Shown here: piece by piece, positions 12,427 to 28,258 of the stretch
Numbering within the stretch: the stretch's first letter is position 1
Layout of the letters: each line of letters starts with the position of its first letter
Source of the DNA: Macrostomum lignano
Taxonomy: Eukaryota
NCBI GenBank assembly: GCA_002269645.1
Contig: NIVC01001001.1
Span: 248,001-312,000, forward strand
Direction of reading: 5' to 3'
Length of the DNA: 64,000 nt
Notes under the pieces: generated by a model
What the model was told of the DNA's origin: nothing
Seen by the model: the letters and a program-made list of their open reading frames with translations, nothing else
The model's database searches: none
Translations under genes and position numbers: made by a program

Positions 12427-12654
12427 GCTATCTGTGCAGCAGTCAGTTAATTCATGAGTTTTCTGGCGGAGCTGGTTATTTTTTAATTTTCTGAATCGAG
12501 AAGCCGATTAACTGTTGTGTGCTTCACTGGAATATTATTCAGAGGACGCATTTTTTTGCAGTCTGTTTCTAATAAAATCCGGTGCAATGACCGCGGTAGA
12601 GCTCTAGCATTTGCTTTTTATAGTATTTGTGTATATTCTTTTTCAAGCTATGCT

Positions 12655-12905
12655 GGAATTGTTGGGACAGCCCCATCCACACTGGCTATGGTGGAATTGT
12701 CGGGACAGCCCTATCCACACTGGCTATGGTGGAATTGTTGGGACAGCCCTATCCACACTGGCTATGGTGGAATTGTTGGGACAGCCCTATCCACACTGGC
12801 TATGGTGGAATTGTTGGGACAGCCCTATCCACACTGGCTATGGTGGAATTGTTGGGACAGCCCTATCCACACTGGCTATGGTGGAATTGTTGGGACAGCC
12901 CCATA
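12655..12905. repeat. 38-bp minisatellite (GTTGGGACAGCCCTATCCACACTGGCTATGGTGGAATT), ~6.5 copies
   Basis: Contiguous units with no spacers. Confidence 0.9.
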
Positions 12906-13517
12906 CTATAGTGTGTGCTGGCTTCTGCTATTGTGTGGTTCATTTCCGCATCCTTTTACGTAGCATTCTGTGGGTCCGAATAGCTGACATGTACCTTTTG
13001 AGTAATTCTAGTGATTGTGTCATAATCAATAAAGTACATTTTTATGAACAGTGGAGTTTCGCTACAGAATTGTTTTTTCCCAGTGGCACTAAATGTAGCA
13101 AATTTTGTTTATTCAGATCGTAAAATTTTTTTGATATGTGTCAATGTCGTTTGTCTTCGATAACCTTAAAGTCCCTTGCCATTTACCATCCTGTCTTCTA
13201 TAATCTATGATCGCTGAAATTATCTGGTGAAATTTGACGTGCTGATATTATTGCCTTAGTGGAATTCAGCAAGACACCAGGGTTTTTTAATTCTGTTTTA
13301 GACAAGTATACATGTACAATCTGTTGTGAGTTCAATGCACCTCGAAAAATGCTTTCCAACTGTTTTCAGTAAGCCAAAAGCATGTTGTCAATAAAAATCT
13401 ATTTGGTGGGTTGAAAATTGCCTGTGTGGGGACGTGTGTGTGTGTGATTTTTCGTGTGTCGGAGCAGTCCCAATATGTGCAAGTTTTTGCACACTTGGCC
13501 AATAAGTGCCTCGTGCA

Positions 13518-13520
<3 letters not shown>

Positions 13521-13554
<34 letters not shown>
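13521..13554. repeat. (TG)n microsatellite
   Basis: Direct reading. Confidence 0.9.
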
Positions 13555-13555
<1 letters not shown>

Positions 13556-14019
13556 GGTGTGCCGATCAGGTTGAACAGGAGAGGCAGACGAACACCGCGC
13601 CCTCAAAGGTACCGGAGCGGTGGAGCAAGTGTCTAGAAAAATATAAGTTATGATTTATTGCTGATGCAAAAATATTATTGTAATTTCTGACGTGCGCCCG
13701 GTTTGGGGGGTTGGTCAAATCTGAAGGGGGATAGGGAGAATTAGGGATTTGTCATAATCAAGATTGCTGAACGGTAGACGGTTACAGACAGGTACAGGGG
13801 AAAGCGCAGACTCGAAGTTGTGGCCACTTATTGGTTGGAGTTCAATATTATTTATATAAGCACTATATAGTTTTAATGGATATTTTGTGTTAACGGCTTA
13901 GGTGCCCGCATTCGTTGGCTAAAATTCCAGCACACATTGCCATCTGTGTGCTTAAATGCCGCAATTCAAGATGCTCATTCCTATGACTCCTAAGCACTCA
14001 CACTCACCACGGGGTGTAC

Positions 14020-15010
14020 AGTGACCCTGACATTGTGACCCTGACATTCTGACCCTGACATTGTGACCCTGACATTGTGACCCTGACATTGTAACCCTGA
14101 CATTACATTATGACCCTGACATTCTGACCCTGACATTGTGACCCTGACATTGTGACCCTGACATTCTGACCCTGACATTGTGACCCTGACATTGTGACCC
14201 TGACATTCTGACCCTGACATTCTGACCCTAACATTGTGACCCTGACATTCTGACCCTGACATTCTGACCCTGACATTGTGACCCTGACATTCTGACTCTG
14301 ACATTCTGACCCTGACATTGAGACCCTGATATTCTGACCCTGACATTCTGACCCTGACATTGAGACCCTGACATTGTGACCCTGACATTGAGACCCTGAT
14401 ATTCTGACCCTGACATTCTGACCCTGACATTGAGACCCTGATATTCTGACCCTGACATTCTGACCCTGACATTATGACCCTGACATTGTGACCCTGACAT
14501 TCTGACCCTGACATTCTGACCCTGACATTGTGACCCTGACATTCTGACCCTGACATTGTGACCCTGACATTCTGACCCTGACATTCTGACCCTGACATTG
14601 AGACCCTGACATTCTGACTCTGACATTCTGACCCTGACATTGAGACCCTGATATTCTGACCCTGACATTCTGACCCTGACATTGAGACCCTGACATTGTG
14701 ACCCTGACATTGAGACCCTGATATTCTGACCCTGACATTCTGACCCTGACATTGAGACCCTGATATTCTGACCCTGACATTCTGCCCCTGACATTATGAC
14801 CCTGACATTGTGACCCTGACATTCTGCCCCTGACATTCTGACCCTGACATTCTGACCCTGACATTCTGACCCTGACATTCTGACCCTGACATTCTGACCC
14901 TGACATTCTGACCCTGACATTCTGACCCTGACATTCTGACCCTGACATTCTGACCCTGACATTCTGACCCTGACATTCTGACCCTGACATTCTGACCCTG
15001 ACATTCTGAC
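14020..15010. repeat. 14-bp satellite (TGACCCTGACATTS)n
   Basis: Direct reading; explains the repetitive MSGSECQ ORFs. Confidence 0.95.
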
Positions 15011-15689
15011 ACACAAGCCTGACCGTGGCCGCACACGGAATCTGGGGTCATTGGTGCGAAAGTCGGATTTACCGCTGAGCAGCTCTGCCTCTGTTGTGCT
15101 ATATTTTTTAAATAAATGCTTCATCTTTAAATGAAGAGGGCTACAGACTATTTTTGCATCGCGTGTTTATTGTTAATTATCGCAAGGTGCCAAAGTTAAG
15201 CTCGGGGTGATCAAGCATGTGTATCTCAATCCAACAATTACCGACATGCAGTTTGCCAATGCTTGGCTGATCAGAAATAGAGAGATCGGGACAGATAGGA
15301 CGGAAATAGAAAAGAGGGTAAATCAACCAAAACTTAAGACAGTGCCATCTTTACCAAACCCGCAGGCATGCCACACCGCCATGCCAGCTTGTAAGCTAAA
15401 CGCAGAATGGGGGAAGGATTTGCTACAGCTACCGAACGCCAGAAACAGAGAAAAAGAGAGAGGCTCATTGTAGCTCATACCGGGGAAAAAAGTCTTTGAG
15501 AGATGGCTGCCTGGCCGTGGTAGAAATCGATGAGGGTGGCTATGAACCGTCGTTGGTTAGAAATAAAGAAGAGAAAGTGTGAAGACTGAGAAGTTAAAGA
15601 AAGGACACAATACAACTGGGTTGATGTGGATTTCTACTAATATTTGAGTGCATCTTTAAGAATGCTGATCAGCAGATTAGCCTGTGGAT

Positions 15690-16095
15690 GTCTACTACTG
15701 GGCTGCGGATGTCTTGCTGTGTTTATAGCTCCCATGCCACCAAAGAAGGCTTCTGAGGCTAGTCTATATCACTAATTTATAGCTAGTGTAGATGTCTTAC
15801 TATGTTTTCAGCTCACATGCCTCCAAAGGGGGGCTCCTTAGGCTAGTCTATATCACTAATTTGTTAGCTAGTGCAGATGTCTCACTGTGTTTTCAGCTCA
15901 TATGCCCCCAAAGGGGGGCTCCTTAGGCTAGTCTATATCACTAATTTGTTAGCTAGTGCAGATGTGTTACTGTGTTTTCAGCTCATATGCCCCCAAAGGG
16001 GGGCTCCTTAGGCTAGTCTATATCACTAATTTGTTAGCTAGTGCAGATGTGTTACTGTGTTTTCAGCTCACATGCCACCAAAGGCGGGCTTCTGA
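15690..16095. repeat. ~85-bp tandem repeat, ~4.5 copies
   Basis: GGCTAGTCTATATCACTAATTT recurs at 15757, 15841, 15926 and 16011. Confidence 0.85.
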
Positions 16096-16759
16096 GATTG
16101 CGGCGCCTCGAATCCCCTAAAGCTGCCTCAAGAAAATCTAGAAATAGTCTACCGATATGTAGCGTAGTGCACATCTCAAATATACAGAGAAACGATCATA
16201 CGCAAGTCCCCTTATGACAAAGGAATGAGAGTTTTAGTCAAGTCATTTTGCCTTGCAAGTCAGTTTCAAAGAGGATTTGGGCAGCGATGTGGATGACTGG
16301 CATATATATGTCTATAGTATCTGATCAGCTTCTCTGCAAGTTGCGGCATGAGGCCGCTTCCTTGAGTTAAAGTAGTCAATTTCTTACTTACACTTTCCGC
16401 GTCACGAAAGCTCTGTGAGAATGAATTAAATTATATATTGAGATAGAGAGAAACGACACTGGCCCGCCTCTCTTGTCGGGTTTCTGCACTTTGTCGAAGA
16501 CTATAGGCTATATTTGGAGAGGATTTCAAAGCTGCATATAGATATCATCCTGCATAAAAATTTGCTGAACCGGCAAGCCAGAGATTTCTGTTATTAAATT
16601 TACCTTGTTCAACTATAGTGGGCTGGATAGTTTGTACTAGATATCTTTCTTCTGGTTCTAATGGTGCTGGCATTGCTGCTCATATTTGCGTACTTTATTT
16701 CCCAATAGTTATATTTGTGTCTTCACGTTACTTGATTTTGTGTCCTCATTTTCTACTGT

Positions 16760-17070
16760 TTGTCTCTCTCGTTTGTGATCATCTTGTGTCTCTCGTTTGT
16801 GATCATCGTGTGTCTCTCGTTTCTGATCATCTTCTGTCTCTCGTTTCTGATCATCTTGTGTCTCTCGTTTCTGATCATCCTCTGTCTCTCGTTTGTGATC
16901 ATCTTGTGTCTCTCGTTTCTGATCATCTTCTGTCTCTCGTTTCTGATCATCCTCTGTCTCTCGTTTCTGATCATCCTCTGTCTCTCGTTTGTGATTATCT
17001 TCTGTCTCTCGTTTGTGATCATCTTGTGTCTCATTTCTGTTGATCTCAGTTGTGCCTCTCATTTCTGATC
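16760..17070. repeat. 24-bp minisatellite (TCTCTCGTTTSTGATCATCTTSTG)
   Basis: Direct reading. Confidence 0.9.
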
Positions 17071-17119
17071 ATCTCAATTGCATCAACACTGCGCTGCACT
17101 CAAATCTGCATTCTCGCAG

Positions 17120-21620
<4,501 letters not shown>

Positions 21621-21714
21621 ATTGTAGAGGGGAAATGAGTTTGCATTTTGAACGAGTCAAGACACTCCGAATACTGATTTTTGGGTTGAGCTGAAGAATT
21701 CGTAAGCCAAAGAG

Positions 21715-22812
21715 TACTGCTCATAAACCACCCTTAGAATTGCTCATAAAGCATCCCTAGAACCGCTCATAAACCACTCAGAGAATCGCTGATAAACCAC
21801 TCTAAAAATCGCTCATAAACCAACCCTATAATTGCTCATAAACCACCAATAGAATGGCTCATAAACCAATCCTAAAATCGCTCATAAACCGCCCCTAGAA
21901 TCGCTCAAAAAACACCCCTAGAATCGCTAATAAAACACCCCTAGAATCGCTCATAAAACACCCCTATAATCGCTCATAAACCACCCCTAGAATCGCTCAT
22001 AAAGCATCCCTAGAACCGCTCATAAACCACTCAGAGAATCGCTGATAAACCACTCTAAAAATCGCTCATAAACCAACCCTATAATTGCTCATAAACCACC
22101 AATAGAATGGCTCATAAACCAATCCTAAAATCGCTCACAAACCACCCCTAGAATCGCTCATAAACCACCCCTAGAATCGCTCATAAAGCATCCCTAGAAC
22201 CGCTCATAAACCACCCCTAGAATCGCTCATAAAACACCCCTAGAATCGCTGATAAACCACCCCTAGAATCGCTCATAAAACACCCCTAGAATCGCTGATA
22301 AACCACCCCTAGAATCGCTCATAAACCACCCCTAGAATCGCTCATAAAACACCCCTAGAATCGCTGATAAACCACCCCTAGAATCGCTCATAAACCACCC
22401 CTAGAATCGCTCATAAAACACCCCTAGAATCGCTCATAAACCACCCCTAGAATCGCTCATAAAACACCCCTAGAATCGCTCATAAACCACCCCTAGAATC
22501 ACTCATAAACCACCCCTGAAATCGCTTGTAAAACACCCCTAGAATCGCTCATAAAACACCCCTAGAATCGCTCAAAAAACACTCCTAGAATCGCTCATAA
22601 ACCACCCCTGAAATCGCTTGTAAAACACCCCTAGAATCGCTCATAAAACACCCCTTAAATCGCTCATAAACCACCCCTAGAATCGCTCATAAAACACCCC
22701 TAGAATCGCTCATAAACCACCCCTGGAATCGCTCATAAAACACCCCTAGAATCGCTGATAAACCACCCCTAGAATCGCTCATAAACCACCCCTAGAATCG
22801 CTCATAAAACAC
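21715..22812. repeat. ~23-bp satellite (CTCATAAACCACCCCTAGAATCG)n
   Basis: Direct reading. Confidence 0.95.
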
Positions 22813-23211
22813 CACTTGAATCGCCAGTTAAAAGTACCAGTACCACTCTACATTCACAGAAATTGTAATTCAAACGAATTTCCAAAGTTCGAGTTTTGCA
22901 CTCTGTAATAATAATAAGAATTTTTAATAAATTGTTTAATTCTAAATTGCAACAATGCAAAGTAGAAACGAACTTGCAGTTAAATTCAGTCATTCGTTGT
23001 ACACACAAGGTTCTGCGCATTGTTTTAAACATATCTAACCGTTAGTGCAATATAATTTTTGTCAATCTCTTTAATTGTTAACTCTTGAGTGTAGTAAATT
23101 TTGCTTTTGTTAAAATGACGGACAATCGATATAACAAACTAATATTTTGTCGCATTTTTTGTAAAAACAATACGCTCGTATTGAAAAATGAACGCGCCAT
23201 TGAAAGCGGTC

Positions 23212-23901
23212 TGTCTGACATTATTGATAAACATGTCTGATAGGATTGATAAACATGTCTGACAGGATTGATAAACATGTCTGACAGGATTGATAAACAT
23301 GTCTGATAGGATTGATAAGCATGTCTGACATTATTGATAAACATGTCTGACAAGATTGATAAACATGTCTGACATTATTGATAAACATGTCTGACAGGAT
23401 TGATAAACATGTCTGATAGGATTGATAAACATGTCTGACAGGATTGATAGGCATGTCTGACATTATTGATAAGCATGTCTGACATTATTGATAAACATGT
23501 CTGATAGGATTGATAAACATGTCTGACATTATTGATAAACATGTCTGATAGGATTGATAAACATGTCTGACATTATTGATAAACATGTCTGACAGGATTG
23601 ATAAGCATGTCTGACAGGATTGATAAACATGTCTGACAGGATTGATAAACATGTCTGACAGGATTGATAAGCATGTCTGACATTATTGATAAGCATGTCT
23701 GACATTATTGATAAGCATGTCTGACATTATTGATAAACATGTCTGATAGGATTGATAAACATGTCTGATAGGATTGATAAACATGTCTGACATTATTGAT
23801 AAACATGTCTGACAGGATTGATAAACATGTCTGATAGGATTGATAAGCATGTCTGACATTATTGATAAACATGTCTGACATGATTGATAAACATGTCTGA
23901 T
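23212..23901. repeat. 22-bp satellite (GTCTGACAGGATTGATAAACAT)n
   Basis: Direct reading. Confidence 0.95.
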
Positions 23902-24829
23902 GGACTAAAGGAATTATCGTGAAAAAATTGATTTTGTGTAATGCAGTAAAAAATCAATGCATTTCCGTTTCATATGTGTTGTGTAAATTTGTTAACTTTT
24001 TATTAGTCGGATATATTGATATTTGATCGTATTGATGAAAAATAAAATAAAATTGTATCCTCTGGAGTCCACTTGTAATGTAATCAAAGCCGAAGATAAT
24101 ATTGCGTCAAAACCTTTTAAAAGGCTGTTTGTAGTGACAAACACTTTCGAAGTATAGGATAATTTATGTTGCTGTTGTTAGTATAATACAAAAGTTCATG
24201 CAGTAGATGCAGCACAATAAGGGCGCAGAGCAGCGTCTGGACTCCCTTGAAGTCCAGACGGATTAAAGCTACCCCGATCAGAATTATCTCGTATGTTTTA
24301 TTTCAGAATAGTCCAAGAGAAATTGCTCACTGGCGCATAGAGGGGCGACTTTTCAATCTTACTGTATGCTGTAATGATTAAAACAAATACAAGTTAAATA
24401 CTCGTAAGTATCCAAATCCAGATTCTATACTTACGAGCGTATTTAACTTATTTAGTATGGAAAAAATTTCTACCACTTGTAACTATATATGCACTGTGTT
24501 TATGAAGCATATATAGTCGGACTGCATACACTGCTGTAGTCATAAATCCATACATTTATAGATAATAAGACAACCTGACAGGGGGGGGGGCAGCTACGAG
24601 TAGCTGTAGCCATGCGTAGTATACGCATGCACCCAGTAGTGTAGCCACTTTATCCTTTGCAATTGTATAATCGGCCTCTACTCTATATATTTCTCTGAAA
24701 GTGCGCAAATTCATGCAATTTCATGGTCTATTTTAGCTACTTTATAATATAATTTAGCATATCAGCAATATTAGTTTTAGAAAAGATCCCTGCGCATTAT
24801 AAAATTGAAACACTGTGTAGTCGTCTGTG

Positions 24830-25300
24830 TGTGAGGTTTGCATGATGTCACTTATCCTGAGTTGCGGCTCAACTACACAGAACAGTAAGGAGGATAAAAA
24901 GAAACTGCATCTACAAGCGACGAACAGCATTCGTGAGAAATTGATTGGAGAGTTGCAGTTAGACTGGGTCAATACGAGTTCTTTCCAGGAAGGTATACAG
25001 GTAAATCCGTTACTAATTGCTATAACTTTCTTTACGATTCTGAAAACATGTTTCGCTATAGAAACTGAATAATCCTCGAATTTAAACGGTTATTTTTTGA
25101 AATTTTAGCTAAAACTCATCAACCAGTCAATTGTCAACAATCTATTGGCCTGGCAATTGGAGCAGCAGTGCACACCTGCAGCAGCAATGATGGGGAGTGT
25201 TGATTGTCCTTGTGCAAACTGTATTGTTTGTCATGCGATCGTACTTCATTTTAGAGCGCATTTTTATTCAATAGCTATTTAGCTAGATGTTTCTCAACAA
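24830..25300 (+). other. Copy A of a duplicated two-exon coding segment (...REKLIGELQLDWVNTSSFQEGIQ|LKLINQSIVNNLLAWQLEQQC...)
   Basis: Paralogous to 56530-57000 with conserved CAG|GT donor and AG|CTAAAACTC acceptor; product unknown. Confidence 0.55.
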
Positions 25301-25979
25301 TCGTTAATTGATCTGAATGACTGCTATCAGTAGTACATGTGTACATATATATGTAGCTCGTAACCTAGTTGAAAATCTTACGAATCGTCTGACAAGATCT
25401 GAAAATTACTTTGTATCGTCCAAGATTTTGTAAGAATTCACCTGCAAACGAAAAAAGTTATAAAATATTAAAAAGTTGTTTATAATAGTTTAGAGACCGT
25501 TTTGATGACAAGCCTCTTCACATTACCAATTCCAGAACCAGAATCGGTTCGGATCTTCCAAGAAAAACAGCAGTATAACTATTTAACTCTGTTAATATTT
25601 TACTGCCTTAACAGCCTCACTTTGCACAATTTTTCACTTTCTTCTTGGCAATTTTCATTCAATAATTAAGAGTTTATAGCAAGTATATCCCTAGTTAAGG
25701 AGACAAAAAGTTATAATTTACAAATTGGTTCTGGTTCTACAACCAGAACAAGCAATTAATATGAAGAGCCTCAATGACTGTTATATTTTTCAGCTTTTTT
25801 TCATATTTTTGTAGTCCCAAAAGTGTCACACGACTACAAAATTCTATAAAATCCTAAATAAAGTGGACACTGTTTTTGAATTTATCAACCAAATTAATAA
25901 GTTTGAAGTCTAACTTTGAACGTAGAAACGTTTTTTCAATCAATTTTGAACTATAATTAATAGTGATTCATTGTATTAC

Positions 25980-26275
25980 TAAACAAACAAGCAGCTGCAA
26001 ATTAACACATCAATGCAAACATTGAATAAATAAACAAATATATAGTAATTTAAGATTTACATAACAAACAAGCAGCAATTTGAAACATCAATGCAAACAT
26101 TGAATAAATAAACAAATATATAGTAATTTAAGATTTACATAACAAACAAGCAGCAATTTGAAACATCAATGCAAACATTGAATAAATAAACAAATATATA
26201 GTAATTTAAGATTTACATAACAAACAAGTAGCAAGTTAAAAGATTAATGCAAACATTGAATAATTAAACAAATAA
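25980..26275. repeat. 78-bp AT-rich tandem repeat, ~3.5 copies
   Basis: ATAACAAACAAG recurs at 26061, 26139 and 26217. Confidence 0.85.
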
Positions 26276-27121
26276 ATAGTGATTGATTTACACAATATGA
26301 AACTTTTCGGAATACAAAAATATTCGTTTGCGTGCAATATATGCGAAATACGCAAAGATGAACTACTAAAGCTGGAAATTATTTGATTAGGACGTGACTC
26401 TCTCTATTAATACATTTGCATAGACGAATCTATAAAAATTAGAAACTGCTATATCGTATAGTGAATGTAGAATGAAATACAGATTTTTTTCACTAAAATT
26501 CGTATAACAGCACAACAGTTGTGAGAAAAGTATACTAAATTAGTAGATTAGGAAAGCCTTAACACAGTATTTTCGCGCTCGGACATGAGCAATAAAAATA
26601 CAGAGTAAAATTGTTCAGGTAAGGTAGCACGCTTTAGAAGGCAAAGGAATATAAATGAGAAAATCAACATAGATTAAATTAATTCTTTAATTTAAATTTG
26701 TTATTTTATCTCTTATACAGTTGTTGTGTGCGTAAAAATACATCAGACCCTTTATCCACTTTAGTCCCTCTCCTATCTAGGCAGGCACAATTCTTTGGCT
26801 CCCGTCCCTTTAGTCCTTCAGTCCATGGCGGCCCTGCTTTCCCTGCCTCTGCCATCCTACCCTTTAGTCCCTTAATTATTCCCTCAATTGCCAACGCCTG
26901 CATCACTGCCCCTATATCCAACCCATTTTTGCTCAGTCATGTCTCTTTCTCCATTTATTGTCACAATACAGCTGGACGAAAGGGGGAATCTATCTCATCA
27001 CATTAGTACGTGCTCATGAACTCAAACGCAATCTCGAGGCTTCACCTTCGTCTAGATGCATTCTTAAAATATTAATACGTTGGATTCATGGGCGTACAAA
27101 CTTTTGCTCAGCATCGCACTG

Positions 27122-28069
27122 TTAGGATAAGTAGTTTTGCAGGCTGATGCACTTACAGGGCACTTTTATACGCCAGGTTATTAGGAAAGTGCCGCCCGAC
27201 AGACCGCTGCTGGCAATGTCGGCGAGGAACTGAAAGTGAATTAAAAAGACAATTCCGAAGCTAGCCGCCTTGCCTGTAGCTTTCAGGTAGTGCAGCTGAA
27301 ATGTTTTTATGGCCAAATACGTCAGAAATGTCTTGCACCCCGATGCCACAAACGTTACGGACGCCGATGCCAGCAACAGAGTGACGTCATTCACCCTGCT
27401 ATTCTCTGATGCGTACATGATCTTCAGCGCTGACAGCGGCACGTCCTCCAATAGGGCCACGCAAGCAGTGAGGATTTTGCCGCCGTACAAGGCGTGCGAC
27501 CGTTTAATGACCAATTTCTCAGCGCACGCGATCGGTACTATGCCAAAGACGGCAAATGTGACCATCTCTGCCACGAATATAGCCCAGGAGATGGCCAGAA
27601 ATACGTAGTAGGCGATTCTTATGTCCTGACGCGAACGTTTGATAATAGTCTCGTTATAGCACTGGAACATACGGCCACCTCCATATGGCCAGCTGGTGTT
27701 TCTTGACATACAATTTTTCGGGAGCCGACTAGCAATTGACGCATTGATTGGCACGCTGAAATTCTGCGGAGCGTCTACAATGTCGGTGACGGCAGCAGTG
27801 TCCATGACGATATCCAGGATGCACATCAGGCCGACTAAAATGGTCAAGACATGCCCGCACTTGCGGATTCGCTCGCTGTTGCATCTGCAGCAACAGAAGG
27901 TGCAGTAACCCTCCTTTTTGCAGCTGCAGCAGGCGCTCGGACTGTCGCCGTCCTCCTTCTGGCAGCAGCATATGTCTCCCGCGCCTGCGCAAATTGCCTC
28001 GCAGATGCCCGCACCACTGTCCGAGACGTCCTTAGCAATCTCCATCACTGATACGCCAACTTCAGACAT
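27122..28069 (-). CDS. Intronless 315-aa membrane protein with Cys-rich N-terminus, function unknown
   Basis: Non-repetitive ATG-to-stop ORF with several hydrophobic helices and a CCC/CCSC cluster. Confidence 0.65.
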   Translation of the reverse strand: MSEVGVSVMEIAKDVSDSGAGICEAICAGAGDICCCQKEDGDSPSACCSCKKEGYCTFCCCRCNSERIRKCGHVLTILVGLMCILDIVMDTAAVTDIVDAPQNFSVPINASIASRLPKNCMSRNTSWPYGGGRMFQCYNETIIKRSRQDIRIAYYVFLAISWAIFVAEMVTFAVFGIVPIACAEKLVIKRSHALYGGKILTACVALLEDVPLSALKIMYASENSRVNDVTLLLASASVTFVASGCKTFLTYLAIKTFQLHYLKATGKAASFGIVFLIHFQFLADIASSGLSGGTFLITWRIKVPCKCISLQNYLS

Positions 28070-28211
28070 AATTGTGGGGTGGGTCTTTTTGCCTTCCGTC
28101 GATGTGTTCCTAGTTTTTCCGTCGTTGGAGTAATACGGAGTTTCAGTTTCTGTTTAAATATGCCTAGCTAAGGTAGCAGCGAAAACATACTGTTTATTAT
28201 CAATAAAAATT

Positions 28212-28258
<47 letters not shown>

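Larger units (their letters stand above)
3460..12460 (+). repeat. Tandem array of 7 near-identical ~650-690 bp exon-intron units, each with a variable (GCA/CAG)n tract; copy 5 is interrupted by LINE E1
   Basis: Acceptor TTTTCCTCGCAG|ATTCTG with exon starts at 4034, 4715, 5405, 6054, 11600 and 12272 (divergent first copy at 3460). Donor TTGG|GTGAGT. Spacing differs mainly by CAG number. Confidence 0.9.

Noticed and set aside
3460-12460. SL RNA, 5S or snRNA gene array
   Set aside because: The unit size is suggestive and an Sm-like ATTTTTTG is present, but I recognise no SL, 5S or U snRNA sequence; exon-intron signals explain the unit better.
12655-12905. CRISPR-like array (38-bp repeats)
   Set aside because: The units are contiguous with no unique spacers, there are no cas genes, and the context is eukaryotic.
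13990-15124. Repetitive MSGSECQGQNVRV proteins
   Set aside because: These are translations of a 14-bp satellite in several frames.
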